Of a DNA stretch of 39,414 nt, positions 14,219 to 25,930 are shown piece after piece (the stretch's first letter is position 1; each line of letters starts with the position of its first letter). Made by a program: the position numbers and the translations under genes. The stretch comes from Octopus bimaculoides (lineage: Eukaryota), in the NCBI RefSeq assembly GCF_001194135.2, contig NC_069002.1, positions 36,346,608-36,386,021 of the forward strand. The letters are read 5' to 3'. Under the pieces are notes generated by a model that had not been told where the DNA came from, searched no databases, and was given only the letters and a program-made list of their open reading frames with translations.

Positions 14219-14440
14219 TGTGTGTGTGTGTATGTATACGTTTATGTGTCTGTGTTTGTCCCCCACCACCATCGCTTGACAACCGATGTTCGTGCTTTTA
14301 CATCTCCCTAACCTAGCGGTCCAGCAAAAGAGACCGATTGAATAACTACTAGGCTTTAAAAGAATAAGTCCTGGGGTCGATTTGTTCGACTAAAGGCGGT
14401 GCTCCGGCATGGCTGCAGTCAAATGACTGAAAGAAAAGAA
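13391..14440 (+). mobile_element. SINE family B copy with internal (TA)/(TG) microsatellite (contains a 595-N gap)
   Basis: Head GGCTGTGTGGTAAGAAGCTTGCTTCCCAAC...GGTTC and tail GCAGTCAAATGACTGAAA. Fragments recur at about 5110-5400, 7480-7550, 15615-15775, 19526-19660, 21945-22020, 22435-22520, 24530-24660 and 37090-37245. Confidence 0.8.
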
Positions 14441-14608
14441 TAGTAGAATGTGAAATAAAAACCAAGGGATAATCTGAAATAAATCAACAGCACAGTTTAT
14501 GTCTTGTTACACCTCATTGATGAATTACAATTAACCAAACAATGGTTCATATGGTAATTAGGCACTTAATAATCATCATCATGACTAAACAACTTGCGAT
14601 ACTCTATT

Positions 14609-14614
14609 TTTATT
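14609..14614 (-). terminator. Polyadenylation signal AATAAA of ICK-A
   Basis: AATAAA on the minus strand about 110 nt after the stop, within a motif conserved with ICK-B. Confidence 0.55.
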
Positions 14615-14720
14615 GAATATATACTCACGTCTGAACAAACAAAGGAATTATTGGAGCGTAAACTGAACAACAATATAATAAGATAGTCAGAGGAGTATAT
14701 AAATGTTGTGTGAAACGGAA

Positions 14721-15803
14721 TCAGCCAGATGGGGGGTTGATTCCAATATCTTCATATGTCAATTCATAACAGCGGCAGTTCGATTTCCAGAACGGGTTAC
14801 ATCTACACTCCATACCTTCACAGCAAGTATATTCTATTGTAGTCTTTTTGACAGTGCATGTCCATTTATATATTGCACATTTAATATCACGTCTTTTAGC
14901 CTCTCTATAAATACAGAAAATATGAACAGACTAATAAATACAAAAGTTACCGACAGAAGCAGCATCAATAGTATGAGGCACTCTTTATATCATTTCTAAC
15001 GTGGATGTATCATTTGGTTCTTCTTTGAGGAAAAAATCTTCGATCGAGACCAAAAGTCTAACGAGTGAAATGACAGGCGGTTATGCACAAATCCTTCTGA
15101 AGTCTCTGGAATGTTGCACACTAAATCTCTAGCGACTAAGATGGATTTGAGATTAGGGAATAACAGAGGATATACCATGCCACACCCCATTTTTCTACAG
15201 GGTCTTATAAGTTATGTTGTTGGATATGCTGGAATACTGCAGACAGTTATTAAGCCCAGGTGGATATACTGTGCGCTGGAATGTCAAACGAATATCAACA
15301 AGACACAGCACCAACACGAAGAACCCAAAAATCCAACAACAGATGTCAGACAATAAATACGATCATGTAAAACCGAAGTTGTGGTCACCAGACTCTCCGG
15401 ATTAAAAATCTCATGGATTATTACGTTTAGGGTACTGTTAAAAAAGGAGACTAATCGATATGTTCACAGTACCATAGCTTTATTGAATGTTGTCTTGAAA
15501 GAATATGGACCATTTAGTACAGGTACGCCAACTATTCCAATCTGCATTGAAGCAGTCATCGAAGTTAACGGCGGATTGATAAAAGTAATCATATAAAACA
15601 GTTAATCGATAACACATCTTTTATCTTTTACTTCTCTCAGTCATTAGAATCCGGCCATGCTGGGGCACCGCATTGAAGCATTTTAGTCGAGCTAGTCGAA
15701 CCTAGAACTGCTGATTCTGTCAGACTCATTGCCGAACCGCTACGTGACAGCGACATAAACGCAGACACAATGACATACATGCACATACAAATGCACAAAT
15801 GTG

Positions 15804-15876
<73 letters not shown>

Positions 15877-18499
15877 GTGTGTGTCTGCGTGTGTGTGTGT
15901 GTATATGTGTGTGTGTGTTTGTGTTTGGTTATAGATTTATATAAGTACAGGTTAATTGGAAGTATCAATATATATTTAGTTACTACCAATAAAAACAGAT
16001 CGAAAATAAGCGTAGGTAAGACTAACTTATCATCAGTCTACGAATAAATATTTCGCCAACAGCTCTAACACAAATACAAATGTCATAGTTATAATCGTTC
16101 ACTCCCAAAGCTAGATGGCCGTTCATGGCTCTCATGGACCGACGTCCTTTGCTGAGTGTTGTTTTTTCGTCCATCAAGGTGTCTATTCACCCACTTCACT
16201 AGACTTGATTGGGGAAATTTTGGACACGAACAAATCTGAATTGAGTGAGGCAACCTACGTAAATGAAAGATGAGTCGGCGAAAGAGAAAAGCGAGTGGGA
16301 ATAAAGACTAGAAATAATACAGATGAGTGTTTCATTGTGTGTCCAGTATACGGCCGCAATTATGCACTGACTTTGGTCTCAGATCTCACCTGAATGTACA
16401 CAAATGAACAAAGTGCTAGGTTGGATTTTATCAACCATGATAGTCGACCAACAACAAAAAGTTATACTCGAAGTAATAAAAGTCTTACCTATTTAGCGAA
16501 CCATCGACAGGTTCCCGAGCACTGAGAGCAGCTTCATCATGGACTGATATATAAGATAAGCTTTAAGATTAGATTTCGGTTTACCAGCAGAATGTTTCAA
16601 AATATTCACATGAATAGTATAGCAACAATTTAGTAATTTATTTTTAAATATACTCTACCAGAAAATCTGAAGGGAAATTTGTGAAGCAGAGACTCATTAT
16701 CTTCTTTCATACATACATACATACATACATACATGCATACATACATACATAAGTACACTAACTACATACTGAGAAATAGATATATACATGCATACACTCA
16801 TTATAAACTAAGAGAATGAGAGAGGTGGAGATAGTGTCTTGGGTAAGCAATCGAGATAAAAACAGAAATAGAATTTTGCCGTTGCACCACTTTCTTGACT
16901 TTCATACAGGGAAACTAACCAATAATGAATTGTAAAAGGCGCTGTAAAAAAACAAAATAATCATCCAACTATATTCTAGAAGGATTAAACACGGAAAACT
17001 GGAGTATTCAGTGCCTCTAAGTCGTTTAGGTTACAAATGTATTGGTGAGACATCGAGGTAAAAGAGTGATAGAAATATTTATAGATAGATAGATAGATAG
17101 ATAGATAGATCCATTCATTCATTGTGTGAGATTGATAGATAGCATTTCTTATTGGGAAGAAAGTGACTTATTACAATTCAAAAGCTTTCTTTAGAGAAAT
17201 TTTTAAAAATAAAAACGGAGTTTCATCATTAGTTTTCCATCTGTAATCAACTTACCTATTTTAAAAGATGAAATTTGATGTCTTCGAAAATTGTAGCTTA
17301 ACTGCTTTAAATATCCTGTTGAAGAACACAGACAGACAGAAAGACAGGCAGACAGGGAAGCAGACAGACAGAAGAGTGCGAGAGAAGAGGCGAGTTGCAA
17401 ACAGAACCTGATTTTCTGTTACAGGTAGAAATATTTCGCAAAAATTATTATAGCGATTCCTTTGTAACTGAAAATAGTGAACTTCAGTAGAACATCATAT
17501 TTTACTCTAGCGCTATTTTCTTTACCTTCTTTTCGACCTATGTGCTCGGATGTGTGTGCGTGTGAAGAGTCTGAAGAAATATCATAGAAATCTGTTTCCA
17601 ACGCCCCTAACTTCTTTATTGCCCACAAGGGGCTAAACATAGAGGGAACAAACAAGGACAGACGAACGGATAAAGTCGATTAAATCGACCCCAGTGCGTA
17701 ACTGGTATTTAATTTATCGACGCCGAAAGGATGAATGGCAAAATCAACCTCGGCAGAATTTGAACTCAGAACGTAACGGCAGACGAAATACCGCCAAGCA
17801 TTTCGCCCGGCGCGCTACCGATTCTGCCAGCTCGTCGCCCTCATTTAAACAATAATTGTGAAAACAAGAATAAAAGTGAAAAATGAAACGAATATGATTT
17901 TGGCACTGGTCTTTGCCCGTCATTTGACTGAAAAGTTGTTGCTGTTGGCACTCCGTCGCTAACGACGTCGAGAGTTCCAGTTGATCCGATCAACGGAACA
18001 GCCTGCTCGTGAAATTAACGTGCAAGTGGCTGAGCACTCCACAGACACGTGTACCCTTAACGTAGTTCTCGAGGATATTCAGCGTGACACAGTGTGACAA
18101 GGCTAGCCCTTTGAATTACAGGTTCAACAGAAACAGGAAGTAAGAGTGAGAGAAAGTTGTGGTGGCAGAGTACAGCAGGGTTCGCCACCATCCCCTGCCG
18201 GAGCCTCGTGGAGCTTTAGGTGTTTTCGCTCAATAAACATTCACAACGCCCGGTCGGAGAATCGAAACCGCGATCCTATGACCGTGAGTCCGCTGCCCTA
18301 ACCACTGGGCCATTGCGCCTCCACTGACTGAAAAGTAAGCACAGAAAATAGAGACAATTCCATTATATCACTCTCCTTCTTCTCCTGCCAGTACCCCTTC
18401 TCAAGTTACAAGGTCCATGTAGTACTTACCTAACTTATACGTTAAGACGTTTGAAAGTAGCACACAGTACCAAAAGCAGAGAACAAGGAGTGTTTTCAT
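14721..18499 (-). CDS. ICK-A: secreted agatoxin-like (inhibitor cystine knot) peptide precursor, 4 coding exons, 117 aa
   Basis: Exons 18499-18430, 17570-17526, 16543-16489 and 14904-14721. All introns are GT-AG with compatible phases 1,1,2 (donors GTAAGT, GTAAAG, GTAAGA). Spliced product: MKTLLVLCFWYCVLLSNVLTYKL-DSSHAHTSEHIGRKE-VHDEAALSAREPVDGSLN-REAKRR/DIKCAIYKWTCTVKKTTIEYTCCEGMECRCNPFWKSNCRCYELTYEDIGINPPSG*. It has a hydrophobic signal peptide, a KRR site, C-x6-C-x10-CC-x4-CxC-x7-CxC, a terminal Gly, and AATAAA about 110 nt past the stop. Confidence 0.8.
15000..15595 (+). mobile_element. Tc1/mariner transposase relic in ICK-A intron 3
   Basis: Reads LWSPDSPD-L..MDYYV*G.VKKETNRYVHST...CIEAVIEVNGG, the C-terminal DDE/D motif WPPNSPDLNP.DY..WG, with frameshifts. 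Confidence 0.75.
17585..17843 (-). mobile_element. SINE family A copy
   Basis: Head GGCGACGAGCTGGCAGAATCGGTAGC...GAGTTCAAATTC. Other copies at about 1121-1220 (+), 12415-12620, 12930-13115, 26600-26820, 31640-31795, 33410-33580, 36810-36950 and 38349-38548 (+). Confidence 0.8.
17937..18324 (-). mobile_element. Full-length tRNA-derived SINE with 12-bp TSD, in ICK-A intron 1
   Basis: tRNA-like head GGAGGCGCAATGGCCCAGTGGTTAGG...GTTTCGATTC. TSD TGACTGAAAAGT at 17925-17936 and 18325-18336. Confidence 0.85.
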
Positions 18500-20807
18500 C
18501 ACGTCACCTGTTAATATACAAAGTCAACAATCAGAGATATTGATAGATGTATATGTATGATGCATTTGCTACGTTGCTAGAGTTCGCATAACCACAACGG
18601 GGAAAACATGGAGCTAAAATTTAAGTGTTTTATATTTTACTGTTCTGCTTGGCTGCGTCCAATAACTGGCGATGAAATATATATGAACGACATATTACTC
18701 TTTAGATAATCAAAATTGAGTCTTCCCTATAAAGAAGAAATATGTTCCGAACGAACAGATGCTACAATACTGTAATTTGCATAAGCACGACGTTGAAAAA
18801 TAGACATCGAGCAGTGAAAAACAAACAAAAGTGTCGCATATTTTTTTGGTTAAGTTCGGTTGCTTCCAATAAGCAAAACAAGACATGGATGAACATGTGT
18901 GTAAAATATATAACACTATAATCATGTGTAAATACAACGCACCGGAATCGAACTCAGAATCTTGTGACCGCAACACCCTAACCACAAGCCACGCTTTTTC
19001 ACATAAAGTATTTCTATATTATACTATGTAAATATGTAGAACTACATATAGATGAAAATAAAAATTGGTATATATATATATATATATNNNNNNNNNNNNN
19101 NNNNNNNNNNNNNNNNNNNNNNNNNNNNNNNNNNNNNNNNNNNNNNNNNNNNNNNNNNNNNNNNNNNNNNNNNNNNNNNNNNNNNNNNNNNNNNNNNNNN
19201 NNNNNNNNNNNNNNNNNNNNNNNNNNNNNNNNNNNNNNNNNNNNNNNNNNNNNNNNNNNNNNNNNNNNNNNNNNNNNNNNNNNNNNNNNNNNNNNNNNNN
19301 NNNNNNNNNNNNNNNNNNNNNNNNNNNNNNNNNNNNNNNNNNNNNNNNNNNNNNNNNNNNNNNNNNNNNNNNNNNNNNNNNNNNNNNNNNNNNNNNNNNN
19401 NNNNNNNNNNNNNNNNNNNNNNNNNNNNNNNNNNNNNNNNNNNNNNNNNNNNNNNNNNNNNNNNNNNNNNNNNNNNNNNNNNNNNNNNNNNNNNNNNNNN
19501 NNNNNNNNNNNNNNNNNNNNNNNNNGGGTTTCAATTTCCGTCTTCGAAATTCACTCACAAGTCTTTGGTGGGCCCAAGGCTATTGCAGAAGACACTTGGC
19601 CAAATGATATTGAACTCGGAACCGCGTGAGTGGTAAGTAAACTTCTTACCTCGCCCGCGCCTATTAATATATTGTAGATAACAAGGAGACTACGTAATGA
19701 ACAAATTTCAGTGTAAAGATAAATGTAAACTTCTCGACGTAAAATACACAAGGACCTATCATTAAATATTAGAACATAGAAAAAGAACCGATGTAATCGA
19801 CTTAACCCTTCCCCACGAAGTTGCTGCCCTTGTGCCAAACTTTGAAACCAACATGTGTTTTAAAGCTGTCACTTACTCTGTTGTATTTTTTGCTGAACCG
19901 CAAAACAGGGGAACTCCACAAACCAACACCAGTTGCCAAACGGTGTGGGGATAAAACACAAAGACAAAGGCGCAAATATATGCATTCGAGAATGGAAGTT
20001 AACGGGCTTTTATAGTGGATCACGACGTACGTTTCTGCACCCCGCATCAGCTTTATGTTGACGGGTTTATTAATTTTAATGATTTCTATGCATTTGAACA
20101 TTATCCAACAACAGCTGTCTGCGGTAGTTTTCAGTGAAGTACGCGATTTTTACTCAAATTACACCAAGCAAATATATATATATATATATCTGTAATTACA
20201 CTTTAAGCTTCCATACGGTTTCCAAATAGACACTCATACCTGCGTCTACACTGGCATTACTAACTTACACACAGAACCAAAAATTATAATTTATACCAGA
20301 CCTTTTTGTTGTATCCGTCCTTTTGAATCAAATTACGTTGTGTAAATCTGACTGCGTCTTCAGAATTCTTTTAAACAAGAATCAAATACGTTCATGTTAC
20401 GTCGACTGTCTGAAAATGACCCTCCCATTAAACCCCATTTAGTTCAACCGTTCCCAACTTTCTTTAAGTGTTACGACTTCTTTTTTTTTTTACAGTCAAC
20501 ACCATGTAGAGAGCCAGATGATTAATTACTTATTAGTTAATGAGAGCATTGTTTTTTTATTGTCATCGTACCTGTGTTAATTAGTAATTAAAAAGTCACT
20601 TTAATGTATAATCTTGTTTATGTTTTTAACGTGTATCTGCCAACTACGCAAGCTATTAAAATATGAGAAACGACAACATAATGGCCATCATTGAGTATAG
20701 ATTATTCGACAACCAGTCCTGTTGTTCTTCAGAAGTATATCATCAGGAATCAAGGTGACTATAGCCAGCATCATTTTACCTACGACAATCATGTTTTGTG
20801 CCATATT

Positions 20808-21409
20808 GGATCTTTTTTAAAACGGGGGCCACATTTTTCATTAATGTTTTACGTAGTGTTTTTGGTACCGAAAGACTTTCAAACTTCGTATACTTCTCTA
20901 TTTTGTGTTATAGAACAGAAAAATATTTTTGTATTCGAATTTGTTTCATGTAAAAAGTTGTCTTATTTCGATAATTTCAACCAATCACTGACGTCCATTC
21001 AGCCGATATACATTAAGTGCCGACTACATAAACAAACGATTCTTCGTTTTATTTGCTTTTTTCACTTTAAATTTGCTTTAACCCTAACCCTAACCCTAAC
21101 TCTAACCCTAACCCTAACCCTAACCCTAGGGTTAGGGTTAGGGTTAGAGTTAGGGTTAGGGTTAGGGTTAATTGTTTCAGAATCGTTTGTTTATGTAGTC
21201 GGCGCTTAATGTATATCGGCTGAATGGACGTCAGTGATTGGTTGAAATTACAGAAATACGACAACTTTAACATGGAATAATTTATGGATTTCTTTTTTTT
21301 TAAAGAAGACTAAGAGAAAAAGATGTTTTATATGACACATTCTACCAGTGTTCCAAGTTTCAAAGTGTTTCGTTAATGAAAAATGTGGCCCCCGTTTTAA
21401 AAAAGATCC
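20808..21409. mobile_element. 602-bp non-autonomous DNA transposon (MITE) with 37-bp perfect TIRs and 8-bp TSD
   Basis: TIR GGATCTTTTTTAAAACGGGGGCCACATTTTTCATTAA at both ends. TSD GCCATATT at 20800-20807 and 21410-21417. An internal inverted repeat of about 100 bp flanks a telomeric palindrome. GG termini with an 8-bp TSD fit Merlin; hAT and P also give 8-bp TSDs. Confidence 0.85.
21079..21170. repeat. Palindromic interstitial telomere-type repeat
   Basis: (TAACCC)3 TAACTC (TAACCC)4 TA (GGGTTA)3 GAGTTA (GGGTTA)3. Confidence 0.9.
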
Positions 21410-21559
21410 GCCATATTTATTTCTGTAATTTCCTTGTTTCGGTCATTAGACTGCATTAGTGTGTGGGCATGAAATTAATAAGTGTGTGTAATTACTTACA
21501 TATATGAGTGTAAGGGCGCTTTTGTGCGTGTGTGCGTATGTTTGTGTGCGTGTGTGTTT

Positions 21560-21602
<43 letters not shown>

Positions 21603-22929
21603 ACTGAGAGGGAGATAGAGAGGCTATCTGACGTATGCGTGTTTTGTAGGAGGGTGAAGGTGAGACGACCTAGATGGCAGTGTCAGGTTGGATGAAAATA
21701 TATAAATCTCATATAAAGTAGCAAAACCGTAATACTATAACAATTAGAAATATATTAATTATAATGTTAAATAAGGGCAATTAGAGGGTACTTAAAACCA
21801 TATACAAATACGAACTAAAAATTATAAATTCCTTTAAATATATATATATATATATTTACACACATATTTACACACATATTTACACACATATATACACACA
21901 TATACATACGTATATACATATATAAGTGTATTTTTATTCTTTTACTTATTTCAGTAATGTAGATTGCAGCCATGGTGGAGCACCGCCTTAAAGGGTTTTT
22001 AGTCGAAGCAATTGACCCCACATATACACACATGCCTTTATGTGTATGTGCATATAGACAGTTAATGATAAGGCCCAATTAATGAGGAAATATGAAGGCC
22101 GCCTTCCGATTGTGACTTCAAGACACGCAACAATGTCATTTTGCCATTCATCTCTCTTTGGTCTATAAAATATGTACAAATGAAGAAGTAGTTTGAGAGT
22201 CATCGATTAACCTTTCCACTCAACGCTGGTGGCTCTGTGTCTTCTGAAATTCGAAACAATAATTGGATGTGATATGATGAAGCTCTCTGACCATTGGTGT
22301 ATGATAGCTTCATCCAGTTCATATGAAATCGGAGTTACACATTTCATCTTGAGCGTAAGTAATGGCTCTGGTCTCAAATGGAGTATAACATGTTGGGGCA
22401 AGAATTTTGGTGCATGCCGCAGAGAAAGATCTTTTACCTTTTATTTGTTTCAGTCATTTGAATGCGGCCATGCTGGGGCACTTCCTTACATCGAGCGAAT
22501 CGACCCTAGGCCTTTTCATAAGTACTTATTCTAGCTTACTCATTTGTTTAATCGCTAATGTAGAATCTTGAAGATATTTTTAGACAGTTACTGAATACCG
22601 TCCCACATTTAGAGCAAAATCGACATGCATACATTTTTTGCTGGTATCTGACGTATACCTAGAATATACCTGAAGATCATCGATTCTTCGCCTAGATTTC
22701 TCTTGCCGAGATTAGTCACTGACATCTCTAATAGACAAAGAAAATAGTGAGACCGTTAATTAATAGAGATACGTAATATTATGCTCTGTCAGAAAGTGTT
22801 GTATTTGTAAAGATATCGGTTACATAATTTTCTGTGTGGGAATCATATGCCACATGTGTTTAGCATCAAACAATCATGTTTATTCAGGTGTGTGTTTGAT
22901 ATCAATGCAACATATTGACACAATATACA

Positions 22930-23082
22930 GTGAAATGTGAAGGAAAGATTGATTTGGGATATAGAAAATAGAGAAAATACTTTCGTTTGGGTACATTTCA
23001 CATACAACATTCCGTCAAATGGAAATTGACAAACCTCACATAATTGCTTGGGACATAGTTATAGAAGCCAGAGGCTTTTGAA
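22930..23082 (+). promoter_or_regulatory. Putative promoter and non-coding exon 1 of ICK-C
   Basis: Block conserved in the paralogues, with a TATA-like TATAGAAAA and a donor GAA/GTAAGA at 23083, about 290 nt before the signal exon. Confidence 0.5.
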
Positions 23083-23382
23083 GTAAGAACATTTCATTCA
23101 CAGTTAACAGAATCGAGAATATTTATGGACAAATGCTTCGAAGACATCATCATCACCTAAATTAAATATTTACATTAGTACTTTTGTTGGAATTAAATTT
23201 GCTGTATTACTAATTGTTTAAACGATAATGTTATAAAACTTGAATTTTCAGCGAAATGAAATTGGATAGAGAAAATATCATTGTTACCTAAATTTCAGCT
23301 GTCGACCTTTGCTTCTTTGTAAGAATAAAGCTTCCGTTTTTAATTACCTTATTTGTTATATTTCTTTATCAGCAGGTGCGTG

Positions 23383-25111
23383 ATGAAAGGCATCAGTGTC
23401 TTATTGTTTTGTGCATTCATTTCATACAGCTTCTCCGATGAACAAAGTAAGTATAATCAGAAACCTCTTTTACTTTATAGTCATCAGATATGTAGTGGGA
23501 GAAAAGGGGGAAAATAGAAATGTGGAAAGAAGAAAAATGAATAACGTTATCTCAGCGGTCTTTCGTATGTACCCCATTTATATGTAATTACAGCTTTCAA
23601 ATAGATAACTCTATTTATGTACATTACTCATTGACCAAATGTTCAGAATTACGATTCTTCAATATAATATAACACATTTAATTAACGATGGCTGGCTAAT
23701 TCTTTATGTACAAATCGGGAAGAATTCTAGTGAAGTGCTGCCATCTGTTACTCCCATATAAGATCAGAACGTAAGCACGGACGAAATGACACTAAGCATA
23801 TCGTCCGTCGAAGTAATGATTCTACCAGTTCGCCACTGCCTTTAGGACTCTTAATTATTAAAATCATTACAGTATAGACTCAGCAAGTGCTATATATAAT
23901 GTTTCATGTGTTTGTTTTGTTTTGCTTTGTTGTCCTTCCATATTTTATGACTGCGTTGGTTTTTATCTCTTTTACGTATTACAAATACCCGTCACTACAA
24001 TGATGAGCAATGTGAAGTGTCTTTGTGAGGGAATATGAGTTTGAGTCGTCATGGTTCTGCATCTTACTTCAGATGATGTTATTATAAATACATCATCCTC
24101 TATTTTATGAATTATCTATTGAGTGCTACTTGAGGATTTTGGGTATTTCTACACAAAATTTTGGTAAATGGATATTTAATTCTTCAATATGTATTTTAAT
24201 ATCTCTTTCAGATGTCACTTCCGTCCATCGACAGACAACAGCTAATGTAAGTTTGAATAACATGACTCATAGGTAAGAACTACATATCTACATCTGTTAT
24301 CGAAGTAATAATAGACTAACACCCTCAGTAAGGTTTCATGGCTTATGCCGTAGTAGAGAGGTCATTAGTATTGGGGCAATCCTATTCTTAAGACTGTTTC
24401 CAAATTATAGTTTTTGCGCAAAAGAAAATGTGAAACGGAAAATATGATTGAAAAAAAAATCTTCATGAGTAAAAGTTGAATATTTGTTTATACTTTGCCT
24501 ACAAAGTAATTTAACAGTTTATTCAGATATAGGCGCAAGTATGGCTGCCTGGTTAAGAAGTTCACTTCGCAACGAAAAAGTGTGAGGGTTTAATCCCTGA
24601 ACATGTGTCTTCTGCTATACCCTCAGCCCGATCTATACTACCTCAATGGATGTGATTGAATGGAATTCTATAATATATATCTACTAGGGAGACCCGTGGA
24701 AATTCCACAGAATTGAAAAAATAATTTACGAAAGAAAAGACGATTTGCATTTTTATAGCATTCATAGTTAAGCGTTCTTTAAATATCCTTGACGTTCGTC
24801 TACATTCATTTCCTCCCGTCTCCGTCGGTGTTGTCTTTTCCTCTTTTTATCATATTTTCTTGCTGTCCCTCTCTGATCTGTGTTCGATATCTGTGCATCC
24901 TTTCTCGGGCAGCGTGTTTCCTCTGTATAAACTTTTATAAACAAATATCAAATTTTAAGCGAGCAGACGATAAATAATTGCACTTATGCGTTAAACGATG
25001 GTCACTTTGAAAAAAAAAATTCGTTCAATAAAACAAAAATTCGTTCAATAAAAAAATAATACTTTTCATTATCAACACACCACCATCACCGCCGCCACTG
25101 TCGCTATCTGC

Positions 25112-25197
<86 letters not shown>

Positions 25198-25322
25198 ATA
25201 ACTACCTCACCTGTCCATCCCTCTCTTTCTACCTTTCCCTTCAGCTAACTTTTTAATCACGTAATAAGTATTCCTTCCCCACCCCACCGCACATCGTTAA
25301 CACGTCTCTTTCTCTCTCTCTC

Positions 25323-25359
<37 letters not shown>

Positions 25360-25679
25360 CGTCTAATCCTTTCCCTTGAAAATTCCTGCCCTTCTCCCTA
25401 AACGAGAAACCATAATTTAATGACTTATTTCCTACCATATTCTGTATTTACAGTGGCAAGTGTAAGAGAACCCTATGTTCAATGTATGAGTGTAACCGAT
25501 ATTTGACAGACAAGAATTGCTGCCCAGGTGTGAATTGTCATTGTAATTTACCACAACGGATATGCATGTGTAGTTCACAAAATATCATCTATGGGACTCA
25601 TAACAGTATACTCCAAAGTATAATTGCTCTTCCCATTTTTCTTGTAAATTTACATCTTATTGACGTTCTGTTCTTGTGA
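23383..25679 (+). CDS. ICK-C: knottin precursor with hydrophobic C-terminal (GPI-like) tail, 3 coding exons, 116 aa
   Basis: Exons 23383-23446, 24212-24272 and 25454-25679, with phases 1 and 2 and donors GTAAGT and GTAAGA. Product: MKGISVLLFCAFISYSFSDEQ-NVTSVHRQTTANVSLNNMTH-SGKCKR/TLCSMYECNRYLTDKNCCPGVNCHCNLPQRICMCSSQNIIYGTHNSILQSIIALPIFLVNLHLIDVLFL*. Confidence 0.8.
25104..25355 (+). repeat. (CT)n tracts in the ICK-C last intron
   Basis: Seen directly. Confidence 0.95.
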
Positions 25680-25854
25680 ATCTTGTGGATAAATTTCATG
25701 CATCAGATTCTTTTTATACAAGGAGAAAAATCGATGAAATCACGAAGACAAAATATTTGTTTTAGGTAAGAATTTAGAACTGTAATACATACAGAAACCA
25801 AAGGAAACAGGCAAATATCAAAAGTATATTCAACTACAAAAACATCAACTAGTG

Positions 25855-25866
25855 CTGTTGCTGCTG

Positions 25867-25930
<64 letters not shown>
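25855..25930 (+). repeat. (CTA)n microsatellite 3' of ICK-C
   Basis: Seen directly; its homologue is the (TAG)n tract 3' of ICK-D. Confidence 0.95.

Noticed and set aside
21079-21170. Telomere-telomere fusion scar
   Set aside because: The orientation is (CCCTAA)n-(TTAGGG)n, opposite to an end-to-end fusion, and the array sits inside a TIR/TSD-bounded element.
25454-25520. Alternative reading VASVREPYVQCMSVTDI(C)TDKNCC, implying ICK-C is a frameshifted pseudogene with C-x6-C
   Set aside because: The phase-2 frame is open, has KR, matches the upstream donor phase, and gives C-x4-C as in intact ICK-D. No frameshift is needed.
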